NCBI GenBank assembly: GCA_012295275.1
Contig: CM022677.1
Coordinates: 7,378,001 to 7,442,000 of the forward strand
Reading direction: 5' to 3'
DNA: 64,000 nucleotides
From: Chrysomallon squamiferum
Taxonomy: Eukaryota; Animalia; Mollusca
Below, in pieces: positions 43,577-56,149 of this stretch. The notes under the pieces are model-generated. The model ran no database searches. It worked only from the letters and a program-made list of their open reading frames with translations, and had not been told where the DNA came from. The position numbers and the translations under genes were made by a program. Position 1 is the stretch's first letter. Each line of letters starts with the position of its first letter.

Positions 43577-44189
43577 TGTATGACGCACTGTATAAAATAT
43601 TCTATTCACAGATATGAAGGATGATCTTTGACCCTCTCTCTCATTACTACGTACAAACAACAAAACTTAGTAACTGATATCTCAAAAACGTGACTAGATA
43701 CTAAACTGCATCCTCACTGGGGATCTGTAAACTCATCTTTTAAATCCCGGTGTTACAAATCATGTTTCGTCTTTTCCTCTCTATGCACGCTCGAGTTAGT
43801 TGGAGCAAGGGACTGATTCACAATAATCACAGAGGAGGGGAACAGGGCCGGTACTGAGGCTTCAGAATTTTTAGGATGAGGAATAAAACCGTATATTATT
43901 GTTTCATTTTGTTTTATTCTGTTTGTTTGTTCGTTTGTTTATTTATTTAGTTGTTTTTTTGTGTTTATTTATTTTGTTTTTTTATATTTTCAAATTGATT
44001 TCAGTTTTCTAACACATCATAACCTATAAGTAGAGAGATATGCTAAAAGTAAATATCGTGACATCATATTTCTAAAATATTTGTAAAATATTACAATATA
44101 AATCACTTTCACACTCACAGCACACACACACACATGCGTTTTAACTTAACAAGAACAGTAACAGCAACTTCGATATATATATATTTGAC

Positions 44190-44680
44190 GATCGTTCTTT
44201 TGTTGTTTTATTTAATTGCATTCACATTTTATTTGATTCTGATTATTTGTTTATACTGTTCCTTATATACTGCTCATACATGATTAATTACAGTTATTCT
44301 TAGCAAGTAATAGAAGTAGTTGTCGTTGAAGTAGTAGTAATAACTAATACATATATCAGCAAGTAGTATTTATAGCTGAGTTTTATTATTAGTAGTAATA
44401 GTAGTACTAGTTGCAGTAGTAGTAATAGTAGTAGTAGAACTAGTAATATTATTAATAATAATAATAATAATAATTGCAATAAAAAGTAATAGGAATTATA
44501 GCCATAGTTGTTTTAGTACAACTACTACTACAACTCCTAGGACTATTACAACTAAACTATAATTATTATTATTATTGTTGCTCTTACCTCTATATGCATT
44601 ATTTATTTATTTATTTATGTTTTATTTATTTATTCATTACTATGTCTTCCTTTACATATTGTTTCGTTGTTTGCTCGTAT
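44190..44680 (-). repeat. Inverted copy of 42555-43050 (and of 34985-35520)
   Basis: For example TAATAGAAGTAGTTGTCGTTG and TATGTCTTCCTTTACATATT are reverse complements of CAACGACAACTACTTCTATTA and AATATGTAAAGGAAGACATA. Confidence 0.9.
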
Positions 44681-44832
44681 GAATGAACCAGGATAAACCT
44701 ATAAGTAGAGAGATATGATGTTTCAGAGCTAAAAGTAAATATTGTGACGTCATCTCTCTAAAATATATTACAATAGAAATCAGTTACACACACACACAAG
44801 TGCATTTTAACGTAACGAGAAGTAACAACAAC

Positions 44833-44888
<56 letters not shown>

Positions 44889-44891
<3 letters not shown>

Positions 44892-45093
44892 CGAGCTCGT
44901 ATCTCAATTTGCTCGTATATCAAATCAATTTTCCCAACTGAAATTAAATGAAATACCATTAATCTGTTCCAGCCCCTCAAAAAGCCTTTATCGTCTCCTT
45001 CAGCTTCTGAAACTCGCTCATAACTCGGGTTTTGTCTCGCAAGTCAAAGCAAAAAATCGACCGGGCGACTGCTCGTAACTCGAGGTACTATTG
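44889..45093. mobile_element. Tc1/mariner (Tigger/pogo-type) MITE half inserted in a (TA)n tract
   Basis: Ends GCTCGTAACTCGAGGTACTATTG (reverse complement CAATAGTACCTCGAGTTACGAGC, a Tigger-like TIR). Internal CTCGTA.[C/A]TC subrepeats. Flanked by (TA)n and (TG)n(TA)n. Confidence 0.7.
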
Positions 45094-45213
45094 TGTGCGT
45101 GTGTGTGTGTGTGTATGTATATATATATATAAAACCTGTCTCTCTCTTTCACACGTGCAAACAACGAAACAAATGTAAAGAAAGATATAGAAATGAATAA
45201 ATAAATACAAACA

Positions 45214-45256
<43 letters not shown>

Positions 45257-45719
45257 ATACAGAAGTAAAAACAAGAGAACTGGTAGGTTAAAGAAAACAA
45301 AAGGAATACCCTAGATACGAACAACGTGACTACAAATTAAATTTGATACGTCACTGGATGTCTTAAACACGTGTTTTAAATCCAGGTGTTAGAGATTATG
45401 TTTCGTGTTTTGTTTACTGTGCACGTTCAAGTTAGTTTAAACAAGGGACTGATTCACATAATCTAAGAGGAGGGTGACAGGGCCAGTAAAGAGATTTCTA
45501 AAAATTAATGGTGAGAAATAAAATTGAGAAAGATAGTTGAACAAACAGACAAATAGACAGAGATCTAACAGCAACACTGAAAACATTATAATGTTAAATG
45601 TTTCACCATTTACTTGTTATTTAATGCTATTTATTTCAATAATATTGCAAACGTTTTTGTTTGTTTGTTTGTTTCATTAGAAAAAAAATATATTCTTTGG
45701 TGTGTTTGTCTCCGCTTTC

Positions 45720-45867
<148 letters not shown>

Positions 45868-47257
45868 TTATTCCCTGCAATAGCTAAGACTTCCTGCATC
45901 AACTGAGTTCCTGTATTTGCAGTTTTGAAAAGTAATTATGAATAATGACTAACAGACTAACACTACTTGTTTTGTTTCGTTTTATACGTGACAAATATTC
46001 TGTAATGATTAGAATGTAGCTTACAGGCGCACTACACTTTACACACATATCAGTAACAGCAAGAATGTCTTCTGTTTTCCACTGTGTGGATAAAAAGAAA
46101 CACAATAATAGTTATCTGATACACATGTCGTGAGATAGTGGCTGGAACAGAATATACTCAGGTTAAATAAGATGACTAAAATTCAGCAATTTTTGTTTAC
46201 AGTAGAATTTGTTTTTATGAACAGGTGAGATAAAATAAGAGTAAATCTCCAACCCAAACATTTTAGATTTTAGTATTATTATTATTAGTTGTAGTAGTAA
46301 TAATAATATTAGTAGTAGTAGTACTACTACTACTTCAACTGCTGCTATTATTATTATTATTATTATTATTTAAAGTATTATTAAAGTATTATTATTATTA
46401 AAAGTATTTGATATTTGAAAATGCTTTGTCTTTGTACTGCATCGTTTATCATCACTATAATGAACGAACTAACGGAAAGGCTATGAAAACCAGCGAAGCG
46501 ATAACTTGTATTATTCATACTGGTCTGTAGGACGTTTTTGGGCTCATGTTTTTCAGAGACACTATTCTCATATATATATATATATATATGAATTAAGAAT
46601 GATATGAAAGTTATCACCTTTCTAATAAATACGTAAGGTAAACTGCAAGATGTGTTAAATTAAAATACTTAGAAAACAATTGTGTTACGTATATTTGTCA
46701 GCTAGTAACACTAATGACATAATATTCAATCCCCTGTTCAATTCCCTATTTCCAAACAGTTGAGAATTGCTCTCTGATTCAAACAGAAATATACTTACTT
46801 GGTTTAACTAAACAATAAAATATATAATAATATAATTTCATGAATTTAATCGTTACTTTCTTTCTGTCTGTCTTTATTTATTTATTTTATATAGAATGAA
46901 ATAAAATTTATATAATAAAGGAATATATATTACTATTCTTTTATTAATATTGTGTATACGTGGCTAAATCATATATTGACCTTGTTTCACGTCTTTCATT
47001 ATTATTGTTTATTTGTATATCTTAAGAAAAGACCTGATGCTTTAAAGAAGAAGTAATTTTGGCGGCTAAATGTATTATCTTTCTCCGATCTTCTACAAGC
47101 CAGTTGCTGTGTTTATTATTACCACATGTGTGATAGACTGTAACACGCATTTTAAAAATTAATGAACTGCTCTAACTATGTTAAGGTAGTTGTTACTTTT
47201 ACTGCTGTTTACTTTAAGAAAAGCATTTAAAACGAACACGATTATTTTTTTTTTCAG

Positions 47258-47433
47258 AAAAAACAAAAGTGTTCTAGAAAATTTCAAGGCGTCCACCCCT
47301 TTATTGAAATTGGTATATTCCACTCACCGAGTGACGTCTGTCAAAACCGGCTTGTCCGCCAGCAAACTGACATTGCAGACGAATAGAAGAGAATTGTTTG
47401 CAGGTGTTAACATTTTCATTTCTTAAGACAAAG
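47258..47433 (+). other. Candidate non-coding leader exon of the TRIM-like gene (donor AAG|GTAAGA at 47433/47434)
   Basis: The RING exon starts at an acceptor 2 nt before the ATG, which implies an upstream exon. This is the nearest strong donor I found. 5' boundary uncertain. Confidence 0.55.
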
Positions 47434-47441
47434 GTAAGAAG

Positions 47442-47490
<49 letters not shown>

Positions 47491-47951
47491 TGTTGTTGTT
47501 GTTGTTGTTGTTGTTGTCGTTAGTGTAAGATATTATAAAATAAAAAGTAATCTAGGTTATTCTCATAATAAAATTTCTGTACAAAATTGTTTTGTGTTAG
47601 AGTGGAGGGTGTTGCTCAGTGGTCAGAGAAAAGTAGTGTCTGGCGATGTACTGTCGCATTTATCTTTCTCGATTACTTTATCAGTGAATGAAGCCATTTC
47701 ACTGCAGATTAAGAATGTGTTGAGTTTGACGTTAATAAAATAATGTTCAGCAGCAATCAGAAATTCATTCGTTTACTATGAAATGTTTCGTTCTTATTAC
47801 ACTGAATACATTACTTCTGTGAATGTCACGTTTCTTTGATTGTCTACATTCGAGTTTTACCATGAAAATGTGTTGACTTGGTTACGTAGCATAGGCCGAA
47901 ATAGTGGTGTGTGAAATTACCTTGCAGCATTCATGGACACGTCACAAATGT

Positions 47952-47982
<31 letters not shown>

Positions 47983-48528
47983 TTTCATGCTTTGTTTCAT
48001 ATAACGTATTACAGTAGAACTGTCGTTTTCCTTCTCAAACTTACTTCACAAGGTTAAATTTAGCATGTTTGTAATTCACTTTAATAGTTCTTTTATTTTT
48101 TTACAAACAAAATGAAATTAATAAATGAATAAATAAATGAGTAGCTTAAATAGCATATTTATAATTTTATAATTAAATTCGCACGTTTGTTTATTTTTTT
48201 ATCCTTTCATTTATTTATTTATTTGTATATTTCGTCGGCCCTTTGAAGTAAACGGAATTGATATTTTATTTGTATTTTGTGTGTGAATTTTTTCTTTACT
48301 TTTGTTTGTTTGTGGTTTTGATTCAAAAATCTTTTAATTTTGACCTCCACTGCTATTCTTGTTATCTCTTATTGTTATTTATTTATTTATTTATTTATTA
48401 TTATTAGTTACATTTTTCTTTCTCTGTATTTTTATTTTTATTTTCTCTGATTCTTCTATGTTGTTGCTGTTGTTATTATTGTTATTTATTTATTTATTTA
48501 TTTATTATTATTATTGTTATTCACAGAT

Positions 48529-50426
48529 ATGGCAACAGCTGCAAACTCTGATGATAATCTTTCGTGCTGCATTTGTGCCGAACTTTTCAAGAAGCCGCGA
48601 ATATTAAACTGTGGACATTCGTTCTGCAGCAAATGCCTGCAGGACTATATAAGCCATAATTACAACAACAACGACATAAAAATCACCTGCCCGTTCTGCA
48701 GGCAGGATGTCCACATCTCAGACAGCTCGAAACCAGTGAATACATGGGCAGATCAATTCCCTGTAAACCTTTCACTACAGAACGCCGCTAATGATCGGCT
48801 ACAATCAAAGTTTTGTGAGTCAGCAGTGTCATGTTTAGATTCGTTACAATAAAATACTAAAAAGAAAACATTTAGTGATTGTTTAACTAAAGATATTAAC
48901 CATCACAAGCTAAAGAAATAGAGGAAACTTTATTTATGACATTTTTCTACTCAGATTTTTAAAGTAGATGATCAAATAAATTCTAAAACTTCACATTGTA
49001 GGCATACCTTTATTAATAATAGTAGTTCTAGTTAATTAATTAATTGACTGATTGATTATTTATTTATTTATTTATTTCAGCTAAAAAGGGAGATCACATG
49101 TCACTTCTGAGTTCTGTTTCTGAATGTCTCAAAAACGTTAAAGAAATTCTTCAGACAGAGATGGATGATATGATCGAGCAACTTCGCCAAGCCGTCGACA
49201 TCAACGTGGTGGACACTACAGAAGAGGTCAGAAGGTTTGGTAACACACTAATCACAGATTTTACTGCCGCAGTCAACAAAGAACAAGACAGATTAATAAG
49301 ACAAATACAAAAATCTCAGAACTTTGTAAACTCAGAAATAGACAAATTATTCAATCAACACAAACATCTGATTGAGGAAAACAAAAAAATGATCAAATTG
49401 GGGGAAGATTTGCTGACAAGAAAATCAGAGTCAGATATAAAAATAAACATTTTAAAATTCACCAAACTTCAAAACACAACTTCCGAGTTTCTGTCCAAAT
49501 CTCGTTCCCGAATAGAAAAAGCAAAGTTTAAAATAAATCTGATAAAATCTGACAAAAAGGCAGAAATGTCAGTCCACATTGGAGAAATATCCACAAACAT
49601 CCACACAGACACACAGATAGAGAGACAGACAGACACACTCAAACACACAGACACCATTAACATAGAAGCACAAAAAGATAAAACAAATCCTGTTCCGGTT
49701 TCCCTGCTGGTGTCAGGTGCAGACAAAAGTAAAATTGTTGTCAGTGATTGTTTCAATATCTGTGTAAAATGTTTTTGTTTAGAAAGAAAATCACTGATAA
49801 AAAGATACGAAACTTCCTCTGCACCAGTCGGTCTTGCTGAATCACGTGATCAGCAGGGTGATGTTGTTGTTGTTGTTGCTCTGCCACATGAAAGTAAACT
49901 AGTGTTTTTAAATTTGAAAAACTTCAAACTGGTAAAAATAGTTAAAACTGTTAAAGGGTATCGGTGTATCGCTGTGTTACCTGGCAACCGTCTCGCGGTC
50001 ACTGAGTTCAGTAATCAGTGCTTGGACATACTGACAGACAGTGGTCAGTTCATTAATTCTATCTCAACAGATTTGATCCCCAGTCCGTCATTTCTAACAG
50101 TTCACGATCAATGTCTGATTGTTGTGTCAAATGGAAACAGTTTATTTTGTGTGACGTCATCAGGTGACGTCAAATGGGAGTCACGTGATTCAGACAAACT
50201 GAAAGACTTGACAGGTGTTACATGTGACAGGGAGGGAAATATTTTTGTTTGTGCTTTTAAAAGAAAGTGTGTTGTTCAGTTGTCACGAGATGGTAACATT
50301 ACACGTGACATCCTCACTGACCAGGATGGACTGTCCAGACCTAGGTCTGTCTGTTGTGATGACAACAAACTGTACGTGGGAGAGATCACCGGAAAAATAA
50401 AAATATTTACATTGTGTAAAAAGTAA
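48529..50426 (+). CDS. TRIM-like RING/coiled-coil/NHL-like beta-propeller E3 ubiquitin ligase, 543 aa; join(48529..48814,49081..50426)
   Basis: C3HC4 RING CCICAELFKKPRILNCGHSFCSKC...ITCPFCR followed by WADQFPVN. Acceptor tcacag|ATATG. Phase-1 intron T|gtgagt...tttcag|CT joins in frame with the 49098-50426 ORF. A helical coiled-coil precedes six propeller blades (e.g. LTGVTCDREGNIFVC, RPRSVCCDDNKLYVGE). AATAAA signals follow at ~50881-50920. Confidence 0.93.
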
Positions 50427-50728
50427 ACTTCAAACTTTCTGCTAAATTAGTTTCACTTTAACTGTTTTGAAGTTGAAAGTCCATAGACATCTTTCTTTAC
50501 ATGAATTGATAAAAGGATAATTAGTTATATTATTGATTTACTTATTAATTTAGTTAATTAAGCAATTAATTCAGTTACTTTGTTTAATTTCATCTTTTTT
50601 ATTAAATATATAACTAATTAATTAATTATTATTATTATTATTATTATTCTTAAAGTCTCGTTTAAAAATACTAGATTGCAGGATTAATTTCAAAACAAAA
50701 TGTGATTTACTTTTAAAATTTTCACCCA

Positions 50729-50815
<87 letters not shown>

Positions 50816-51199
50816 TAAACTATTCTGTTAGTTTGTAGTTTATTTCAAGAAATATATATATATACATCCAGTGTAATCAAAATAAAACTAAAATAAAACA
50901 TTTGTATGATAAAAATAAAATTCTTCTGTCATTATTTTATTTAAATTTTAAAACTATTTTACATTGTTTCTTGATATTCACCTATATATCTATATGTCTG
51001 TCTGTGTGTGAAATATAATTAATGTGTATAATATCAATGTAGTACTCTTATTGTAAATTTATCATTAACAGCTAATACAACTTATTGTTTTTCTTTTTGG
51101 ATGAGTGTTCCAAGCGTACTCAGCTATTCTAATTCATTTTTTCTTTTTATTTTGACTGACATACTTTTTAAAATGTTCTCTTCAGACATGAAAAAGAAG

Positions 51200-51261
<62 letters not shown>

Positions 51262-51384
51262 GCTGACTCTCTGTCAGTCTCTCTCTCTCTCTATAACTCT
51301 CATTCAATGATATAAATTACATTTTGACATGCTGAGAGATTTTTAAAAAGAACAACTAATTATTATTTACTCTCTCTCTCTCTC

Positions 51385-51792
51385 TACACATTGTAACTGA
51401 GCAGGCAGCATAGGTGTAAGATGACCACTGACCCCAAAATGGACAAGCAGGTCCCGAACATTGGACAGTTACTCTGTACTTGTGAAAGAGCCCCACATCC
51501 AGTTTTTGAGTAATTGTCGTTAATGCATGTCCTAAATCTCTGTCTTCTCTCCGTTTGGTCCACATGTTACAGAGCATTGCGTGATATCACCATATGCTGA
51601 CCATGGTTCCCAGAATGAGCTTGAAGGCAGTGAATACACCCGTGTTTGTGTCTGTTTTTGTGGTGATCGTGAGCAACAGCTGAATCCTGTTGGATCACTT
51701 TCACACTTTCTTGTCAATAAACCAGTCTGAGTAGCAGCTCCACTTGTTGCAGAACAGACAACATAAACATTAAAACTCCATGCTACCCATGT
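51385..51792 (-). pseudogene. Frameshifted thrombospondin type-1 repeat (TSR) fragment, about three repeats
   Basis: WVAWS..CSATSG..RKC; FWEPWSAYGDITQCSVTCG..(frameshift)RTCIND..GC; (frameshift)CSGPACPFWGQWSSYTYAACSVT. These are WxxWS/CSVTCG TSR motifs broken by indels and a stop. Confidence 0.85.
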
Positions 51793-52185
51793 TAATGTCG
51801 CCGTCATTGCCGTCGTACCAGCGTTGTTCTCAACGTTTTGCTGTACTTGTCATTATTATTTTATGCGTTTTTAAATCTGTTATTCTTACCATCCTATCTG
51901 GAATATAGTGTTACTATTTGCCGTCGTAATGGCGTTGTTCTTAACGTTCTCGGTGTACTTTTCACTATTCTTTTACGCTTTTTATTCGTTGTTATTCTTA
52001 CTTTATAACCATACGAATCCTGTATTAAAATATATTATTATTGTGTCTATTAATGTCGCCGTCGTAAGGGTTTGTTCTTAACTTCTTAGTGTCCGTATCC
52101 ATCCCATTAAAATATATTATTAGTTTTTATTAATATCGCCGTTGTTGTCGTCATAACGGTGTTGTTTCTAACGTTATTACTTACT
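51790..52185 (-). repeat. Dispersed ~150-bp-subunit repeat copy
   Basis: TTAATGTCGCCGTCATTGCCGTCGTACCAGCGTTGTTCTCAACGTT plus three further degenerate cores. Confidence 0.85.
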
Positions 52186-53295
52186 TAGTTATTAATTAAA
52201 TTAATTATTTTTGCATGCTTAGAGGAAAATAATGCAATATTCCTATTGCAATCAATCTTACTGGTCTTATAGAAGTGTTATTATTTACTTCTCTATTTGT
52301 TAAACATCGAAAATAATCTTATAGATAGGTATATACTATTCTAACCTATTAATAAATATTATATTCTGCTTCTAGAACTAATGTTAAATTACTGCTTCAA
52401 AAATGTCTTATTTCTATATTTAAAAATTTATCTGAAAAATGAAAGAAGCATCAAATTCCACTAGTGTTCATTAAAATAGTTAGTCTTTTCAAACAAATCA
52501 CAAAAACATAATTAAAAATATGGAGAAATATTTCTATGCACAGTGACAACAATGACAGACTTTCACTGGAATTTTCTCATCTATGAGAAAGGTTTTTATT
52601 TTTACTATATGAATCAAATAAAATGTCAACATGAAAACATTAATGAAATATACATATTTATATAATCTGTTCATTCTTTGAGTGTTTGAATGAAAGTAAA
52701 ATATCTCATTCAGCTGTCTCTCTCATTTACTCAGCTGTCTTTATAACTTGTCTCAGTCTAATTCAGTTGTCTCTGTCATTTGTCTCTGCCTCATTCACTT
52801 GTTTCTATCTATCTCTATAATTATTTTATTTATTTGTTGTATTATTAATTATTATTTATTAATTATTTTAATTGTTTTTGTTTTTGCTTTTGGTTGGATA
52901 TAGTTAGAAATTAAAGTGAAAAACAGAGCTAGAAGTGACATCTCTCTGTTTCAAACTCAATGCGCAGCCAAGTTAACTAAATTTTCAGCATAATCAAAAC
53001 AGTCTTAAATTCCACCACAACTTAAGACAAATTTGGACTATTGACGTCTGCAGTTTTTTAATCAAATTGTTGTTAGAATGAGCGAAAATAAATATCAGAT
53101 TTGTTGTTATTAGTAACTTAATTTTCACTACTAACAGATCTTGTAATCAAATATTTGATTATTGTTACTTCACTTAATATTTTATGAAGAGAGAATAAAA
53201 AGTACAACTCACACCAGCTATCTCTAGAGAGAATTCATTTAAATTATGTAAAATAAAGTATTATTTTTATTTTATTATAATTATTATCTTCTTTA

Positions 53296-53344
<49 letters not shown>

Positions 53345-53868
53345 TCCTATTGTTATTTCCATTCTAGTTATTATTGTTATTATTATTACTATTGTTATTA
53401 TTGTTATTACTATTATTACTATTATTATTGTTGTTCTTGTTATTATTATTATCATTGTATTATTATTATTATTATTATAATTAATTCTGCCTGTCATTAT
53501 TCACTGGGTTTCTTCAATTGGAAATAAAACTAAACAACTTTCTTAGCTGAAATAGATGAGATTTTTTACTGCATACGAGGAACATTAAACATGATAATGC
53601 CCATTTAATAATTTGTAAACTTTACCATAAAGTAACTATTCACACCAGCCCACAAAAACATTTACATATTATTTCAGATTCAGTATGTGCCTTTACAATG
53701 TCTTTGTGTACGTTTCTACCAAATGCCAAATGGGAAATTTAATTAAATTTAAATACATTATAGGCCACCAAATGAGAAATTTATATTTAAATTAATATGT
53801 TGACACAATCTAATTTTAATGAATTTTTGTTTGAGACAGGAGCTGACAAAAGGGAAATTTACATATAT

Positions 53869-54793
53869 TTAAAACATCTCACTCTCCAGCAGAACACACA
53901 ACACTTCATAAGCCTCTGTCATCTGATCAGAGTAGTTAATAGCCAACTGCAGCGCTGTGTTGTTAGACTCATACTTCCCCATCAACACCATCAACCTCTC
54001 CGAGTAGGACTTGCTCTCATTCAGCGTCAGGTTAGCCAAGTCATTCTGTGACTTGAGGTGGTAAATTTTGCTCTGAAGTCTTTCAAACTCAATTTCAGAC
54101 TCTTTCACTTTGGTTTCTCCTATCTCAGAACGACACTTGTACAAAGTCTGAACAATTTCCTTCATGTTAGAACAGCCCTGTAAACTCTGCACTAAATGTT
54201 CGACTAATTTCTTATTTGGAAGCTGAAGTAGAAAAAATAAGCAAAGTTTAAATTCAGTTAAAATCATATCGGATGTCATGAAAAATAATATATCAATGAC
54301 TTATTCTGTGTTATTTTCTTAAAAATCTATTTATTTTAGTTGATTTGAAACAGTATTACCTTAAAGCCAGAAATATAAGGTTAAAAATAATGAATAATAA
54401 TTATGTATTATTGTTAAATCTGTATTTATTTGTGTTATTTGATTTGAAATGACTGTAGTTGGAAAACATTTGTAAATTTAAGAATCCATTAAATTCATAC
54501 TTGAAATATTGAAAAATATGTCAGTGAATCATTTTCTGTCAATTTCTTTTTTATTGTGAGGTGATATGATTTGAAATTACCACCATAAAAAAACAAAACA
54601 AAAAGAAAAAAAGACTTTAATGAATTAAAACATCATACTGGAAATTATGAAAAACATGTCTATAAGTTATTCAGTATCACTGCAAACTTTTAATTTTGTT
54701 TTTCACATTTATTCAGTCAGATAACAATATACTGTCAGTATATTCCAATTTAAGTTTTAAATGTGTTAAGCATAAGATATAAATTTGCTAAAA

Positions 54794-54841
<48 letters not shown>

Positions 54842-56149
54842 ATCTAACACTAGCAAGTCCAAACATTTCTAAGAATTTACATTCTGAAAATTAATTTTAA
54901 GAACAAAAAAAAAGGATAAATGATTTGGCAAATGCATTAGAACAGATTAAAATGATGTTAAATATAAAATTATCTGATTTGATTCTTTTCTCTTTGTTTT
55001 ATTGGGATAAAAACACCAATGTGAACACAAACATACAAAGAAAGAAAGCAAAATGAGATTTACCCCAAGGGAGGTAATTTGAGCACCAAGAATCTGTCTG
55101 TCTCCATTTTTTTAATTTCTTCAGTTCTGCTATTTTAGCTACAGGAAACTGATCACTGCCTTCAGTGGTCCTGTGAATTAAATAAATAAATAAATAAATA
55201 CAAATATTTACATAACTTAAATAATGCTACACTGTCAAATACTTTTAATAAGTAAATAAGCAGCAAATCGCATGACATACAATAAAAAGAAATATACAAA
55301 GTAAAAATAATAATAATAATAATAATATACAAGTTTTTCACATATATATATATATATCCATTTTCAATTCCTTATTTCCTGAATTTGTATATTCTCAAAG
55401 TTCCATATATAAAAATAAACACAACATACAAATGTGTCTATCTCCAATGATTCCTTTATAGAGATGAATAACAAATATTTATTTATACCTCTCTCCTGTA
55501 TTCACTTGTGACTTTGTTGGTGTTGATGTTCGACTGTTCATGGGACTAGAAGACAAATCTGTCAGAGATAACTTATCCTGTAACTCTTTCAACTGTAACA
55601 AAAATGTAACAATTTATTCTCTCTTTAAACTGTTACAAAAATGTAACAGTTTATTCTGTAACTCTTTAAACTATAAGATAATTGTAACAGTTTATCCTCT
55701 ATCTCTTTGAACTGCTATACAAATGCACGTTTCAATTGTAACAAAAATGTAACAATTTATCCTGTAACTCTTAAAAATATAACAAAAGCCATATTATATA
55801 ACTGAAGGAAAATGGAGTCTTAATAATTAAGATTACTTATGTTTTGTGTTTTAATTCTATCTACAAATAAAAATGTAAATATAATCATTATGCAGAGTTA
55901 CCTTTCTTTTTAACTTCTCCCTGTCATCATTGATATATTCAATATGGCTACATAGCTGTATAAGTTCTAGTTCTTGTCTGCCTAGCTGTTCTTGTAGAGC
56001 ATTGTGAGTTTCAGCATCTTCTCTGAGATGTTGAACGACGTTGCAATCATCAGACACATCATGGAGGGGAAAGTATTTTCTTTCTGCAATGGCCGACTCC
56101 AGTTTAGTGACAACTCGGGAAAATTCTGTGTTTATTTCATTACCTATTT
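53869..56149 (-). pseudogene. MCC: Partial MCC (colorectal mutant cancer protein)-like gene; exons 55902-56149, 55489-55592, 55064-55170, 53869-54222
   Basis: Spliced translation ...DDREKLKRK|LKELQDKL...|..QFPVAKIAELKKLK(frameshift)GDRQILGAQITSLG|LPNKKLVEHLVQSLQGCSNMKEIVQTLY...ERLQSKIYHLKSQNDL...GKYESNNTALQLAINYSDQMTEAYEVL matches MCC (IPIAKIAE, DRPVLGSEISSIG, EHLAHSLQDCSNIQEIFQTLY, GKYESNATALRLALQYSEQ). All junctions are GT-AG. There is a +1 frameshift in the T7 run at 55107-55113 and a stop at 53869. Confidence 0.9.
55573..55785. repeat. ~40-bp minisatellite derived from an MCC intron/exon junction
   Basis: TTATCCTGTAACTCTTTCAACTGTAACAAAAATGTAACAAT repeated about five times with divergence. 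The first unit spans the acceptor at 55592/55593. Confidence 0.85.

Noticed and set aside
47190-47426. Leader exon as a coding exon
   Set aside because: The reading frames stop before the donor, and the longest open frame differs between the two duplicate copies.
48815-48852. RING-only 112-aa protein as in the ORF track
   Set aside because: A GTGAGT donor at 48815 gives an in-frame join to the 49081 exon, so the ORF tail is intronic.
49469-49756. 95-aa minus ORF and 50215-50400 alternative-frame ORF
   Set aside because: Shadows of the TRIM-like CDS.
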